From positions 3,597 through 67,596 of the forward strand of contig JAQBGW010000063.1 of NCBI GenBank assembly GCA_032128415.1: a DNA stretch of 64,000 nucleotides, given 5' to 3'. Made by a program: the position numbers and the translations under genes. Under the pieces are notes generated by a model. It saw nothing but the letters and a program-made list of their open reading frames with translations, made no database searches and had not been told where the DNA came from. This DNA comes from Betaproteobacteria bacterium. Its GTDB lineage: Bacteria > Pseudomonadota > Gammaproteobacteria > Burkholderiales > SG8-41. Below are positions 52,540-61,051 of the stretch, piece after piece. Positions within the stretch are counted from its first letter, which is position 1; the number at the start of each line of letters is the position of its first letter.

Positions 52540-53304
52540 TTAGAGTTGTCCCCGCAAACGTCTTGCCAGTAAAACGGGTAAACGCAGTACAAAGCCGACC
52601 AACAGGCGCATGTGCATCCAGGCCAAAAACACGTTGTCGCGCAGGTAGTGGAAATGCGATACGCCACCTTCTTCAGCACGGTAGTAGTGAACAGGGGCGG
52701 GCAGATTGACTGGCTTGACCCCGCGCCAGCACAGGCGCACCACGGCCTCCGGGTCAAAATCGAAGCGGCGCATCCACGGCTGAGCGCGCATCACTTGCAG
52801 CAGCGCCTCAACCGGATAGACGCGGAACCCGAACAACGAGTCGCCAATCCCGGCCCACAGTGTTTCCAGATTGGCCCACCAGTTGGATATACGTCGCCCT
52901 TGCACGCGCAAGCTTGGCGCAGTGGCATCAAATTCCGGCACGCCCAATATCATTGCAGCCGGCTGTCTGGAAGATTCCGCCATGAACGCAGGAATACGGT
53001 CGGGCGGATGCTGGCCATCGGAATCCATGGTTAATACGTGACTGAATCCTGCCGCTGCCGCCTGTTCCAGGCCGTGCAGTACCGCCGCGCCCTTGCCCTG
53101 GTTGTGTGGCAGGACGATCACGCGCAGGCCGGGGTCTTGCGCTGCCAACGCCAGCAAGCCCTCAGCGCTGCCGTCGGTGCTGCCATCTACTACCACCCAC
53201 ACCGGGGTCCAGTATTGGCGTGCCGCCCGCACGGTTTCATAGACTTTGGCGCCGGGATTATAGCTGGGGATGAGGACGAGATGCGTGGTTGAGGCAACTC
53301 TCAT
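52540..53304 (-). CDS. Family 2 glycosyltransferase
   Basis: LIPSYNPG...VVDGSTDGS, then DSDGQHP (DxD region). Confidence 0.85.
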   Translation of the reverse strand: MRVASTTHLVLIPSYNPGAKVYETVRAARQYWTPVWVVVDGSTDGSAEGLLALAAQDPGLRVIVLPHNQGKGAAVLHGLEQAAAAGFSHVLTMDSDGQHPPDRIPAFMAESSRQPAAMILGVPEFDATAPSLRVQGRRISNWWANLETLWAGIGDSLFGFRVYPVEALLQVMRAQPWMRRFDFDPEAVVRLCWRGVKPVNLPAPVHYYRAEEGGVSHFHYLRDNVFLAWMHMRLLVGFVLRLPVLLARRLRGQL

Positions 53305-54122
53305 GACGGCGAACCGGAAGTCAGTTTTGGCGCGTGGTCCGCCTGCGCGGTCAGCGAACCGGCCGGATAAAATGCCGATCCTTTTACCAGTTCATGCGCG
53401 AAGTAGCGTTCCAATTCAGCGTTGAAGTGCTGAGTATGCTGCGGTGGATCAAAGCGCCGTCCGAGACTTACCCGATAATGGATAGGCATGGGTGGTTTGC
53501 GGAACAGCGACCAGCCTTTGCTCAGATACAGTGAATCGGTTTCTATCAGTATCGTCTGCACGGGCACCTGTGCATGATTCGCGATCAGGCCGACACTCCC
53601 CTGGAGCGGATTTACCGGGTGCGAGGTGGTGCGGGTGCCCTCCGGAAAAAGCAACAGATGGCTGCCGCAGTCAAAATCCCGGGTTGCCAGCCGCGCCAGG
53701 TGCCGCGCCGGTTCATTGCGGATGTAGCGCGCCAGCCGCGCCCCCGCACCGAGAAAAATATTTTTCATCAGATCGGCTTTAAGCACGCAGGCGATATTCG
53801 GCAGACGTGAAATCACCATTACTGCATCCAGCAGACTCGGATGATTGGGCGCAATAATCAGTGACGGTTCGTCGCGCAGGGCGTCCAGCGCATCCAGGTC
53901 AAAGCTGAAGCGGCGCGACATACTGAGACTGGCAAGGTAAATTCGAAACCCCGCCATGATGACGTAACGCGCCAGCGCCCGTCCCCGGCGCTCGGACAGC
54001 AGCGGGTAAATAATCAGCGCAATCGGTGTCCATGCCAGACACAGTATCCCCAGCCAGATTACGCCGAGATAGATAACCAGGAAGTCATAACCATTCAGCA
54101 ACACACGCAAGGTGGCGTGCAT
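53301..54122 (-). CDS. Lysophospholipid (PlsC-type) acyltransferase
   Basis: N-terminal TM helices. HX4D motif APNHPSLLD. FPEGTRT motif. ATGA overlap with the GT2 gene. Confidence 0.85.
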   Translation of the reverse strand: MHATLRVLLNGYDFLVIYLGVIWLGILCLAWTPIALIIYPLLSERRGRALARYVIMAGFRIYLASLSMSRRFSFDLDALDALRDEPSLIIAPNHPSLLDAVMVISRLPNIACVLKADLMKNIFLGAGARLARYIRNEPARHLARLATRDFDCGSHLLLFPEGTRTTSHPVNPLQGSVGLIANHAQVPVQTILIETDSLYLSKGWSLFRKPPMPIHYRVSLGRRFDPPQHTQHFNAELERYFAHELVKGSAFYPAGSLTAQADHAPKLTSGSPS

Positions 54123-54124
54123 GA

Positions 54125-55186
54125 TCAGTTCTGCCGGTCGGGCAAGGTTGACAGCGGAACCACGGCGGTGGCTTCGATTTCCAGCAGCAGATCCTGGCGG
54201 CACACATCAGCCTGCAGGTAAACTGCCCTGGTTGCGCCGCCCACGCAATGTTCCAGTTCGGTGCGAATCTGCGCCAGATCGGCAGGATGGCGCACATAGA
54301 CCTTGTAATTCAGGCTGGCCAGGTCGAACTCGTGCCGGCTGGTCAAGCGGTTTGCCTCAGCCAGCACCGCCTTGATATTGGCCACTGTTTCGCGGGTTTG
54401 TGCCACGACATCGGCGGGATGCAGAGTGGTATGACCAACAACGCTGGCGGTGCCGGAAATAAGCAGCACCTGATCCTGTCCCAGATGCACCAGGCTGGCG
54501 CGGGAAAACGTCGGGCTGCGTGGGCCATATTCCTGGGGATACCGGTAGGCGCTGGTCTGACGCGGATTTTCGATGCACAGGGGCGCTGTACGTCCGGCCA
54601 GAAAGGCGATGGTCAACGGCCCATGCGCTGAACCCAGTGCACACGCGGCAGGGACATTGCCCACTACATCGCGTCCGTGGGCAAGGAAAGCGTCCTGCCG
54701 TCCGAGGTTGAACTGACGATAGCGCTCCAGTCCGAAGCTGTGGGTGTTGATGTCAGCGATGTAATTCCAGAAGCGGAACGGGAACGGGTAGCGCAACGTG
54801 TCGAGCAGCGCAAATACCTGACGATAGGCCGACTCAGTGGCTTGCTGTAACGGCGTTTTGTCAGTTCCGGCTTCGTACATTGTTTCAGGTAGTGCGATCA
54901 CGCCAAACAAAACACTATCGTCATGGCGATAATGGATGGCACCGCATTGCCCCTGCGTCAGCTGTCCGTTGCCATGCCAGACTTCACAGATTGCATCGCC
55001 ATCATCCAGTCGCTGCATGGGAACGTGTGTGCAGGGAATCCCCATATCATCTTGCATCTGGTTCTCGACGGCATCCGCAGAAAAACAAAGCGCGCCCAGC
55101 ACGCTGTTTTTCCACTGTGCCGGTTGTTTTAAAAACGCCGTAATGGACAGGTTCACGCTATGCGGGGAAGAGGCAGTGTCGCGCAT
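54125..55186 (-). CDS. FkbO/Hyg5/XanB2-type chorismatase (hydroxybenzoate-forming), RidA-like C-terminal domain
   Basis: The C-terminal pattern LLISGTASVVGHTTLHPADVVAQTRETVANIKAVL is the YjgF/RidA-like core seen in FkbO-family chorismatases. It sits next to the halogenase, ACP and AMP-ligase genes, as in xanthomonadin clusters. Confidence 0.7.
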   Translation of the reverse strand: MRDTASSPHSVNLSITAFLKQPAQWKNSVLGALCFSADAVENQMQDDMGIPCTHVPMQRLDDGDAICEVWHGNGQLTQGQCGAIHYRHDDSVLFGVIALPETMYEAGTDKTPLQQATESAYRQVFALLDTLRYPFPFRFWNYIADINTHSFGLERYRQFNLGRQDAFLAHGRDVVGNVPAACALGSAHGPLTIAFLAGRTAPLCIENPRQTSAYRYPQEYGPRSPTFSRASLVHLGQDQVLLISGTASVVGHTTLHPADVVAQTRETVANIKAVLAEANRLTSRHEFDLASLNYKVYVRHPADLAQIRTELEHCVGGATRAVYLQADVCRQDLLLEIEATAVVPLSTLPDRQN

Positions 55187-56529
55187 CAGTTCCTCGCCGT
55201 GCCAGTTTCATCCATAACCCGGATGTCGTGTTTGTGCATCCGCCAGGCCTTCAATGTGCGTCTGAAATTGAACAAGGATGCCGCGTAATACAGCCCTTTG
55301 AATAGCAGCAACGGGACACGAATCGGGGTTTTGCCGTACACGTCGCCGGCCAGCACCGAAAGCAGCGCCTCTTTTACACGAAAAATGTTGCTTGGCCCCA
55401 TGAACATATTGCGCAGGGTGGGGTTAGTAATCCGATAAATAAACCATGAAAACGCCTTCGGCCCTATCCGCATCGTGTGGTCAAATTTTTTCAATGCGGC
55501 GGTTGCCTGCCGCGGGTCACGCAGGCAGGTATCCACGGCGTCTGCCCCGACAAAGGCGCTGTGCATAGCCAGCATTACGCCGGAAGAAAACACCGGGTCA
55601 ATAAAAGTGTAGGCATCGCCCAGCAGCAGATAATTGCTACCGTGGGTACGATCGCACACGTAGGAAAAATTCCCTGTGGCTTCAGCCGGTGTGGTCAGCT
55701 GCGCGTGTTGCAGCCGCGCATGCAACGGCGGGCACAATGCGATGGTTTCCTGCAAAAACTGCCCGAGCGGTTTTTTGTTGCGTGTTTTCAGGTAATACGG
55801 CCAGGTCACCGCGCCGACGCTGGTCATGCCGCCGGCCAGCGGGATAAACCAGAGCCACCCGTGCTCGAACCAGAAAATAGTAATATTGCCTGCGGCCTTG
55901 CCCAGGTTGCGCTCGGCTCCTGAAAAGTGTGCGTAGATGGCGGCACTGTTGTGTTTCTTGATGCGTTGTTTGGTTTTGAAGTGATTGCCGAGAAAAGTAT
56001 CGCGGCCCGAAGCATCCAGAACAAAACGCGCATGCACTGTTTCGATACTGCCGTCATCGTGGTGGGCTTGCGCCAGCGCGCCGGCATTGTCGGGTAAAAA
56101 ATTGATGTCTTGTACCTTGCAGCCTTCCACAACCCGTGCATTTTTACGGCTGGCGTTGCGGATTAGAATTTCGTCAAACTCGGCGCGACGCACCTGGTAG
56201 GCCATGGGCATGGATTTGTCCATGGCATCAGAAAATTCAAACGACTGTTTGTGGTCGTGCCAGAGGGAGACAAATTCAGCGCCCCATTTCTCCATGCCGA
56301 TGGCCTTGACGGCATCAGCCACGCCCAGCTTTTCCAAAAGCGGCAGATTAGCGGGGAGTAGCGATTCACCAATGTGAAAACGTGGATGGCGTGCTTTTTC
56401 CAACAAGGTCACGCGATAGCCACGCTCGGCGAGCAACGCTGCTGCTGTCGAGCCTGCGGGCCCACCACCAATGATTAGCACGTCGCAACCCGAAGCATGG
56501 GTGCCAGGCGATTCGGAGGAGGGGGTCAT
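55186..56529 (-). CDS. Flavin-dependent halogenase-like FAD oxidoreductase (XanB1-like)
   Basis: GGGPAGSTAAALLA dinucleotide fold and GWLWFIP (WxWxIP motif). 1-nt TGATG coupling to the chorismatase gene. Confidence 0.75.
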   Translation of the reverse strand: MTPSSESPGTHASGCDVLIIGGGPAGSTAAALLAERGYRVTLLEKARHPRFHIGESLLPANLPLLEKLGVADAVKAIGMEKWGAEFVSLWHDHKQSFEFSDAMDKSMPMAYQVRRAEFDEILIRNASRKNARVVEGCKVQDINFLPDNAGALAQAHHDDGSIETVHARFVLDASGRDTFLGNHFKTKQRIKKHNSAAIYAHFSGAERNLGKAAGNITIFWFEHGWLWFIPLAGGMTSVGAVTWPYYLKTRNKKPLGQFLQETIALCPPLHARLQHAQLTTPAEATGNFSYVCDRTHGSNYLLLGDAYTFIDPVFSSGVMLAMHSAFVGADAVDTCLRDPRQATAALKKFDHTMRIGPKAFSWFIYRITNPTLRNMFMGPSNIFRVKEALLSVLAGDVYGKTPIRVPLLLFKGLYYAASLFNFRRTLKAWRMHKHDIRVMDETGTARN

Positions 56530-56906
56530 GGCTTAACCTGGTTTGTTACTGTTACGCTTCCTCTCAAATTGTATCGCATTACTTCTGGTAATCTTGGTGT
56601 TCTGATATGTTCAGTATGACAGGGCTTGGGCTGGCCAGAGGATATGGCGTCATATGTAATTTTTCGAATATTGCCGCTGCTTTTCGGGGCAATCCAACCG
56701 GTCACTACGGCAGACCGGTTCTTTTTAAACTCTTAAAAAAATCGCCCAAAAAAGAGGACAATATCGATGCGTTGCGGCAGGCAGCATTACAATTGCCATG
56801 CATGTTTAATGCGCGATGTGTGCGATCAGCCGAAATAACCAGTCACAATCACCGATATGTCGCAGTGCCAGCAAACCCTTTTTTGAGTATACGGGCAATA
56901 AATACC

Positions 56907-57197
56907 ATGCAAAATAGCCAGAAAACTGCAGCCCCCAGTACAGCGGACTTGCAACGCGAAGTCGCTGAATTAATGGTCGAGTGTCTGAACCTTGACGTCA
57001 CGGTCGATCAAATTAATCCTGACGCCCCATTGTATGGTGATGGCCTGGGCCTGGATTCAATTGATGTGCTGGAAGTTGCGTTGGTGGTTTCCAAGCGCTA
57101 CGGTTTGCAACTTCGTGCCGACAGCGCAGACAACCAGCACGTTTTCAGCTCGCTGCGCAGCCTCTCCGATTATATTGCCACCCAGAGAACGACCTGA
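56907..57197 (+). CDS. Acyl carrier protein
   Basis: 96 aa with the phosphopantetheine attachment motif LGLDSIDVLE. The 5' 100 codons of ORF 56607-57197 look non-coding. Confidence 0.8.
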   Translation: MQNSQKTAAPSTADLQREVAELMVECLNLDVTVDQINPDAPLYGDGLGLDSIDVLEVALVVSKRYGLQLRADSADNQHVFSSLRSLSDYIATQRTT

Positions 57198-57838
57198 TGT
57201 CACGCCGCATCCTGCGCGGGCTGGGTATCGCCGCGCTGGTGATCGGCTACCCGCTGCTGGCCCATTACACGAATCAAGCCGCGAATGGCGGTAGCCTGGG
57301 CGCATGGGTTGCCGTTACGCCGGTGGTGCTGATAGCCCTGGTGCTGGCCTGGCGTTCGGCTTGGCGCCTGGTCATGCTTGGTCTGCTGGTGTTGATGTGT
57401 ACCACGCTGTGGGCCGTATGGCCGACGCTTGAACAGCATTACGGATTTGTTTACTGGCTGCAACATTCGGGTTTTCAACTCGTTCTGTTCATGACTTTCG
57501 CCCGGACTTTGACCGGCGGGCGGAAACCGATCTGTACCCGGTTTGCGGAGGCGGTGCATGCGCCACTGACACCGCAGCATGAAATTTACGCGCGCCAGGT
57601 TACGATTGCGTGGACCCTGTTTTTTGCTGCGATGGCATTGATATCCACCGCGCTGTTTTTTTTGACGACTCTCGCCACTTGGTCGGTTTTTGCCAATTTC
57701 ATGACCTTGCCTTTGGTCGTCCTGATGTTCGTGGCTGAATATCTGGTGCGCCGGCGGTTATTGCCCAATATGCGGAATACGCACATCCTTGATGCGGTGC
57801 GGGCATTCAGAAATACTCTCGTGAAACCACGTAGCTAG
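57197..57838 (+). CDS. Integral membrane protein of the pigment cluster (function unknown)
   Basis: Five or six TM helices. 1-nt overlap with the ACP stop. Confidence 0.65.
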   Translation: MSRRILRGLGIAALVIGYPLLAHYTNQAANGGSLGAWVAVTPVVLIALVLAWRSAWRLVMLGLLVLMCTTLWAVWPTLEQHYGFVYWLQHSGFQLVLFMTFARTLTGGRKPICTRFAEAVHAPLTPQHEIYARQVTIAWTLFFAAMALISTALFFLTTLATWSVFANFMTLPLVVLMFVAEYLVRRRLLPNMRNTHILDAVRAFRNTLVKPRS

Positions 57839-57852
57839 CTGCGGTCGTACCC

Positions 57853-59502
57853 ATGCCCTCACTGCCCCTGGTATCGCATATTTCCCCGGACAGCATCGTT
57901 GCCTGGCGCGAAGACGGTCCTGTTACGCTGCGCCGGTTCCTCTCCGAGGTCTACCAGCTTGCCGCCTTGTTTCCCGCGGGAAATCATTTACTCAATCTGT
58001 GCGGGGATCGTTATCGCTTCAGCGTGGGTCTGGCCGCCGCCATTGTGACCGGTAAAATCAGTCTGTTGCCGTCCACCCACACGCCGGGAGTGGTGCGCCA
58101 GATCAAGGCTTTTGCGTCGGATGTATTCTGTTTGACCGACAGCGATGCAAGCGCAGTGGAGTTGCCCCGGCTGCGCTACCCGGCCATGGACGCCGTTGAC
58201 CGTGAGGGTGCATTTTCTGTTCCGCAAATTGACGGCGAGCAATGTGTCGCGGTGGTATTTACCTCAGGTTCGACCGGCACTCCGCAACCGCATGCCAAAA
58301 CCTGGGAGGGGTTGGTCGGCAGCGTGCAGGCCGAAGCATTGCGCCTGGGGCTGTTGCCTGATTCAAACTGCACCATAGTCGGCACCGTGCCGCCCCAGCA
58401 CATGTACGGATTTGAATCCACGGTGCTGATGGCCTGGAGCAACGGTAACGCGTTCTGTCATGCACGGCCGTTTTATCCGGCCGACATTTGCCAGGCGCTG
58501 GCGGCCGTGCCTGCGCCGCGCGTGCTGGTATCTTCGCCCGCACATCTGCGCGTCTTGCTGGATGCTGGGCTGGGACTGCCGGAAATTTCATTGGTGGTAT
58601 CCGCCACCGCGCCCCTGTCCACCCGGTTTGCGCAGGAAATCGAGTCGTTTTGCAGTGCCCCGCTGATGGAAATCTACGGCAGCACTGAAACCGGCCAGAT
58701 TGCGACCCGTCGTTCCACGCGGACAGCAGAATGGCAGCTGCTCCCCGGAGTAAACCTGGTTGTGGAGGGTGATCGCGTGTACGCCTGTGGCGGCCATGTC
58801 AAAACATTGACTGCCTTGAGCGACTTCATTGAACCGGTGGCAGAAGGGAATTTTTTACTGCATGGGCGGATCGCCGATCTGGTCAATATCGCAGGCAAGC
58901 GGCACTCCCTGGCGAGTCTCAATCATCTGCTCAACACCATTCCCGGTGTGATGGATGGTGCTTTTTACATACCGGAGGAGGCCGGACCCGACCGTATTAC
59001 GCGACTCGCCGCCTGCGTGGTGGCCCCCGGCATGGATGCATCACATCTGCTGAGCGCGCTGCGCGAGCATGTGGATCCGGTATTTCTGCCGCGCCCCCTG
59101 GTGTTTGTCGATGCCCTGCCGCGCAACAGTACGGGCAAGCTGCCGCGTGAAGCACTGCAGACGCTGTTCCAGGCGCACAGCGCACGGAAATCCGCAATGA
59201 ATGGTGTTACGCACCGGACAGTTCCGGTGGACCACCCCGCATTTGCCGGACATTTCCCCGGTAATCCCATACTTCCCGGTGTGGTGCTGCTGGACATGGC
59301 CCTGCTGGCCATCGCCATTTCCGCTGGAACCAGGTTGGATGCCTGCGAGATCGGTGCGGTCAAGTTTCTGCACCCGGTCCATCCGGGAGACCAACTGGAG
59401 ATCCGGCATCAGTTCTCGGCCGGTGGCGCCATCCGGTTCGATATTGCGGCTGGTCCGTGCAAAATTGCCAGTGGCAATATCGTGCCGCGAACCGCCGCAT
59501 GA
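57853..59502 (+). CDS. AMP-dependent ligase (aryl-acid:ACP ligase-like, XanA2-like) fused to a C-terminal hotdog dehydratase domain
   Basis: AMP-binding motif VVFTSGSTGTPQP, YGSTETG, GKLPR tail. From codon 449 (59197) there is a FabZ/FabA-like domain, HPAFAGHFPGNPILPGVVLLD. Confidence 0.8.
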   Translation: MPSLPLVSHISPDSIVAWREDGPVTLRRFLSEVYQLAALFPAGNHLLNLCGDRYRFSVGLAAAIVTGKISLLPSTHTPGVVRQIKAFASDVFCLTDSDASAVELPRLRYPAMDAVDREGAFSVPQIDGEQCVAVVFTSGSTGTPQPHAKTWEGLVGSVQAEALRLGLLPDSNCTIVGTVPPQHMYGFESTVLMAWSNGNAFCHARPFYPADICQALAAVPAPRVLVSSPAHLRVLLDAGLGLPEISLVVSATAPLSTRFAQEIESFCSAPLMEIYGSTETGQIATRRSTRTAEWQLLPGVNLVVEGDRVYACGGHVKTLTALSDFIEPVAEGNFLLHGRIADLVNIAGKRHSLASLNHLLNTIPGVMDGAFYIPEEAGPDRITRLAACVVAPGMDASHLLSALREHVDPVFLPRPLVFVDALPRNSTGKLPREALQTLFQAHSARKSAMNGVTHRTVPVDHPAFAGHFPGNPILPGVVLLDMALLAIAISAGTRLDACEIGAVKFLHPVHPGDQLEIRHQFSAGGAIRFDIAAGPCKIASGNIVPRTAA

Positions 59503-60440
59503 CACCGCATCCGGGATCTGAACAGGTGGCTGCCTGGACGCACACCCCGGAGCGCAGCAACATGCTCCTGTTGCGCGTCATGGTGTGGATTTCAATGTGG
59601 CTGGGGAGGCGTTTGAGCCGTGTCGTGCTGCATTTCATCGCCGGTTATTTTCTGCTGTTTGCCCCGACCAATCGTCGTGCATCAGGAAAGTATCTCCGGC
59701 GTGCGTTGAATCGCCCCCCCCGCTGGCGCGACCTGTACCGGCATTTTTTCACTTTTGCCGCTACCATCCATGACCGTATCTATCTGCTCAAGCGCCACTT
59801 TGACCTGTTTGAATTTGAAGTGCATGGCGAGGAGGCGCTGCGCCGACTGCTCGCCGATGGCAAAGGTCTGTTCCTGATCGGTGCGCACCTGGGCAGCTTC
59901 GAAGTGATCCGTGCGATCGGCTGGAAACATGCAGATTTGCGGGTTGCCATGGTCATGCATCAAGGCAATGCGCGAAAAATCACTACCACACTGTCAACCA
60001 TCAACCCGCAGGCTACGCAGGATATTATCGAACTGGGGTGCATTGATACCATGCTCAAAGTTCGGGAGCGGCTGGATGAGGGGGGGGTCGTCGGTATGCT
60101 GGGAGATCGCACTCCGGGTGGGGAAGCCCTGCGCTCCGTGCAGATTCTGGGTGCTGCCGCCAATTTGCCAATTGGACCGTTCCGCATGGCAGCCATGCTG
60201 CAGCGCCCGGTGGCTTTCATGACCGGGCTGTACCTGGGGGGCAACCGTTATTCCGTACATTTCGATTTATTGGCTGATTTTTCCACCGTTGCTCGTGATC
60301 AGCGGGACGCAGCTGTGGATGCGGCCATCACCCGCTATGCCGCGCTGCTGGATCGATACTGTCGTATGGCGCCTTATAACTGGTTCAACTTTTTTGAATT
60401 CTGGCAACCGGAACCCGTTAAACCGGCTGCGGCGCCATGA
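59499..60440 (+). CDS. LpxL/HtrB-family lipid acyltransferase
   Basis: N-terminal TM, GKGLFLIGAHLGSFE (HX4E/D) motif. ATGA overlap with the upstream stop. Confidence 0.75.
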   Translation: MTPHPGSEQVAAWTHTPERSNMLLLRVMVWISMWLGRRLSRVVLHFIAGYFLLFAPTNRRASGKYLRRALNRPPRWRDLYRHFFTFAATIHDRIYLLKRHFDLFEFEVHGEEALRRLLADGKGLFLIGAHLGSFEVIRAIGWKHADLRVAMVMHQGNARKITTTLSTINPQATQDIIELGCIDTMLKVRERLDEGGVVGMLGDRTPGGEALRSVQILGAAANLPIGPFRMAAMLQRPVAFMTGLYLGGNRYSVHFDLLADFSTVARDQRDAAVDAAITRYAALLDRYCRMAPYNWFNFFEFWQPEPVKPAAAP

Positions 60441-61051
60441 TCACGCTACGGTCAATTTGTGCTGTTTCATGCCTGCGCACCATACGGTGTGTACTGGTGG
60501 CTCTGGCGCTGATGCCGGTAACCGGTAACAGTACCGCAGCTGAACTGGATATCGATCAGCTCATGCAGGGTCTGGCGCAAACGCGGTCCGGACATGCCGG
60601 TTTTGTCGAGAAAAAATACATCGCCATTCTCGACCGGCCGGTGGAATCCTCCGGGGAGCTGTTCTACAGTGCGCCGGACCGCCTGGAAAAGCACACGATC
60701 AGGCCGAAACCCGAATCCATGATTCTGGATAACGACACGCTGGTCATCGAGCGTGGCCGCCAGAAACATTCGTTGCAGTTGCAGGATTATCCTGAGCTGG
60801 CGACTTTCATCGACAGCATCCGCGGCACCCTGGCGGGGGACCGCAAGGCGCTGGAGCGCAACTACCGACTCAGCCTGGAGGGCGGCGTCGAGCGCTGGAC
60901 TCTGCAATTGCTGCCGGTCGATGAAAAAATGCAGGCGATCATCAATCGCATCCGCATCACGGGGGTACGCTATACAGTACGGAGCATTGAAATCAATCGA
61001 ACCGATGGCGACAGTTCGCTGATGCTCATAGAACAATTGATGCCCCGGTGA
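60437..61051 (+). CDS. LolA-like outer-membrane lipoprotein carrier family protein
   Basis: Signal peptide. The F.EKKYIAILDRPVESSGELFY pattern is typical of LolA-related proteins in aryl-polyene clusters. ATGA overlap with the upstream stop. Confidence 0.7.
   Translation: MITLRSICAVSCLRTIRCVLVALALMPVTGNSTAAELDIDQLMQGLAQTRSGHAGFVEKKYIAILDRPVESSGELFYSAPDRLEKHTIRPKPESMILDNDTLVIERGRQKHSLQLQDYPELATFIDSIRGTLAGDRKALERNYRLSLEGGVERWTLQLLPVDEKMQAIINRIRITGVRYTVRSIEINRTDGDSSLMLIEQLMPR

Noticed and set aside
56607-56906. A possible N-terminal extension making the ACP a 196-aa protein.
   Set aside because: ACPs are about 80-100 aa. The upstream 100 codons have AT-rich, atypical codon usage and no motif. 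I treat this stretch as regulatory DNA (see finding), although the chosen ATG 56907 lacks an obvious Shine-Dalgarno sequence.
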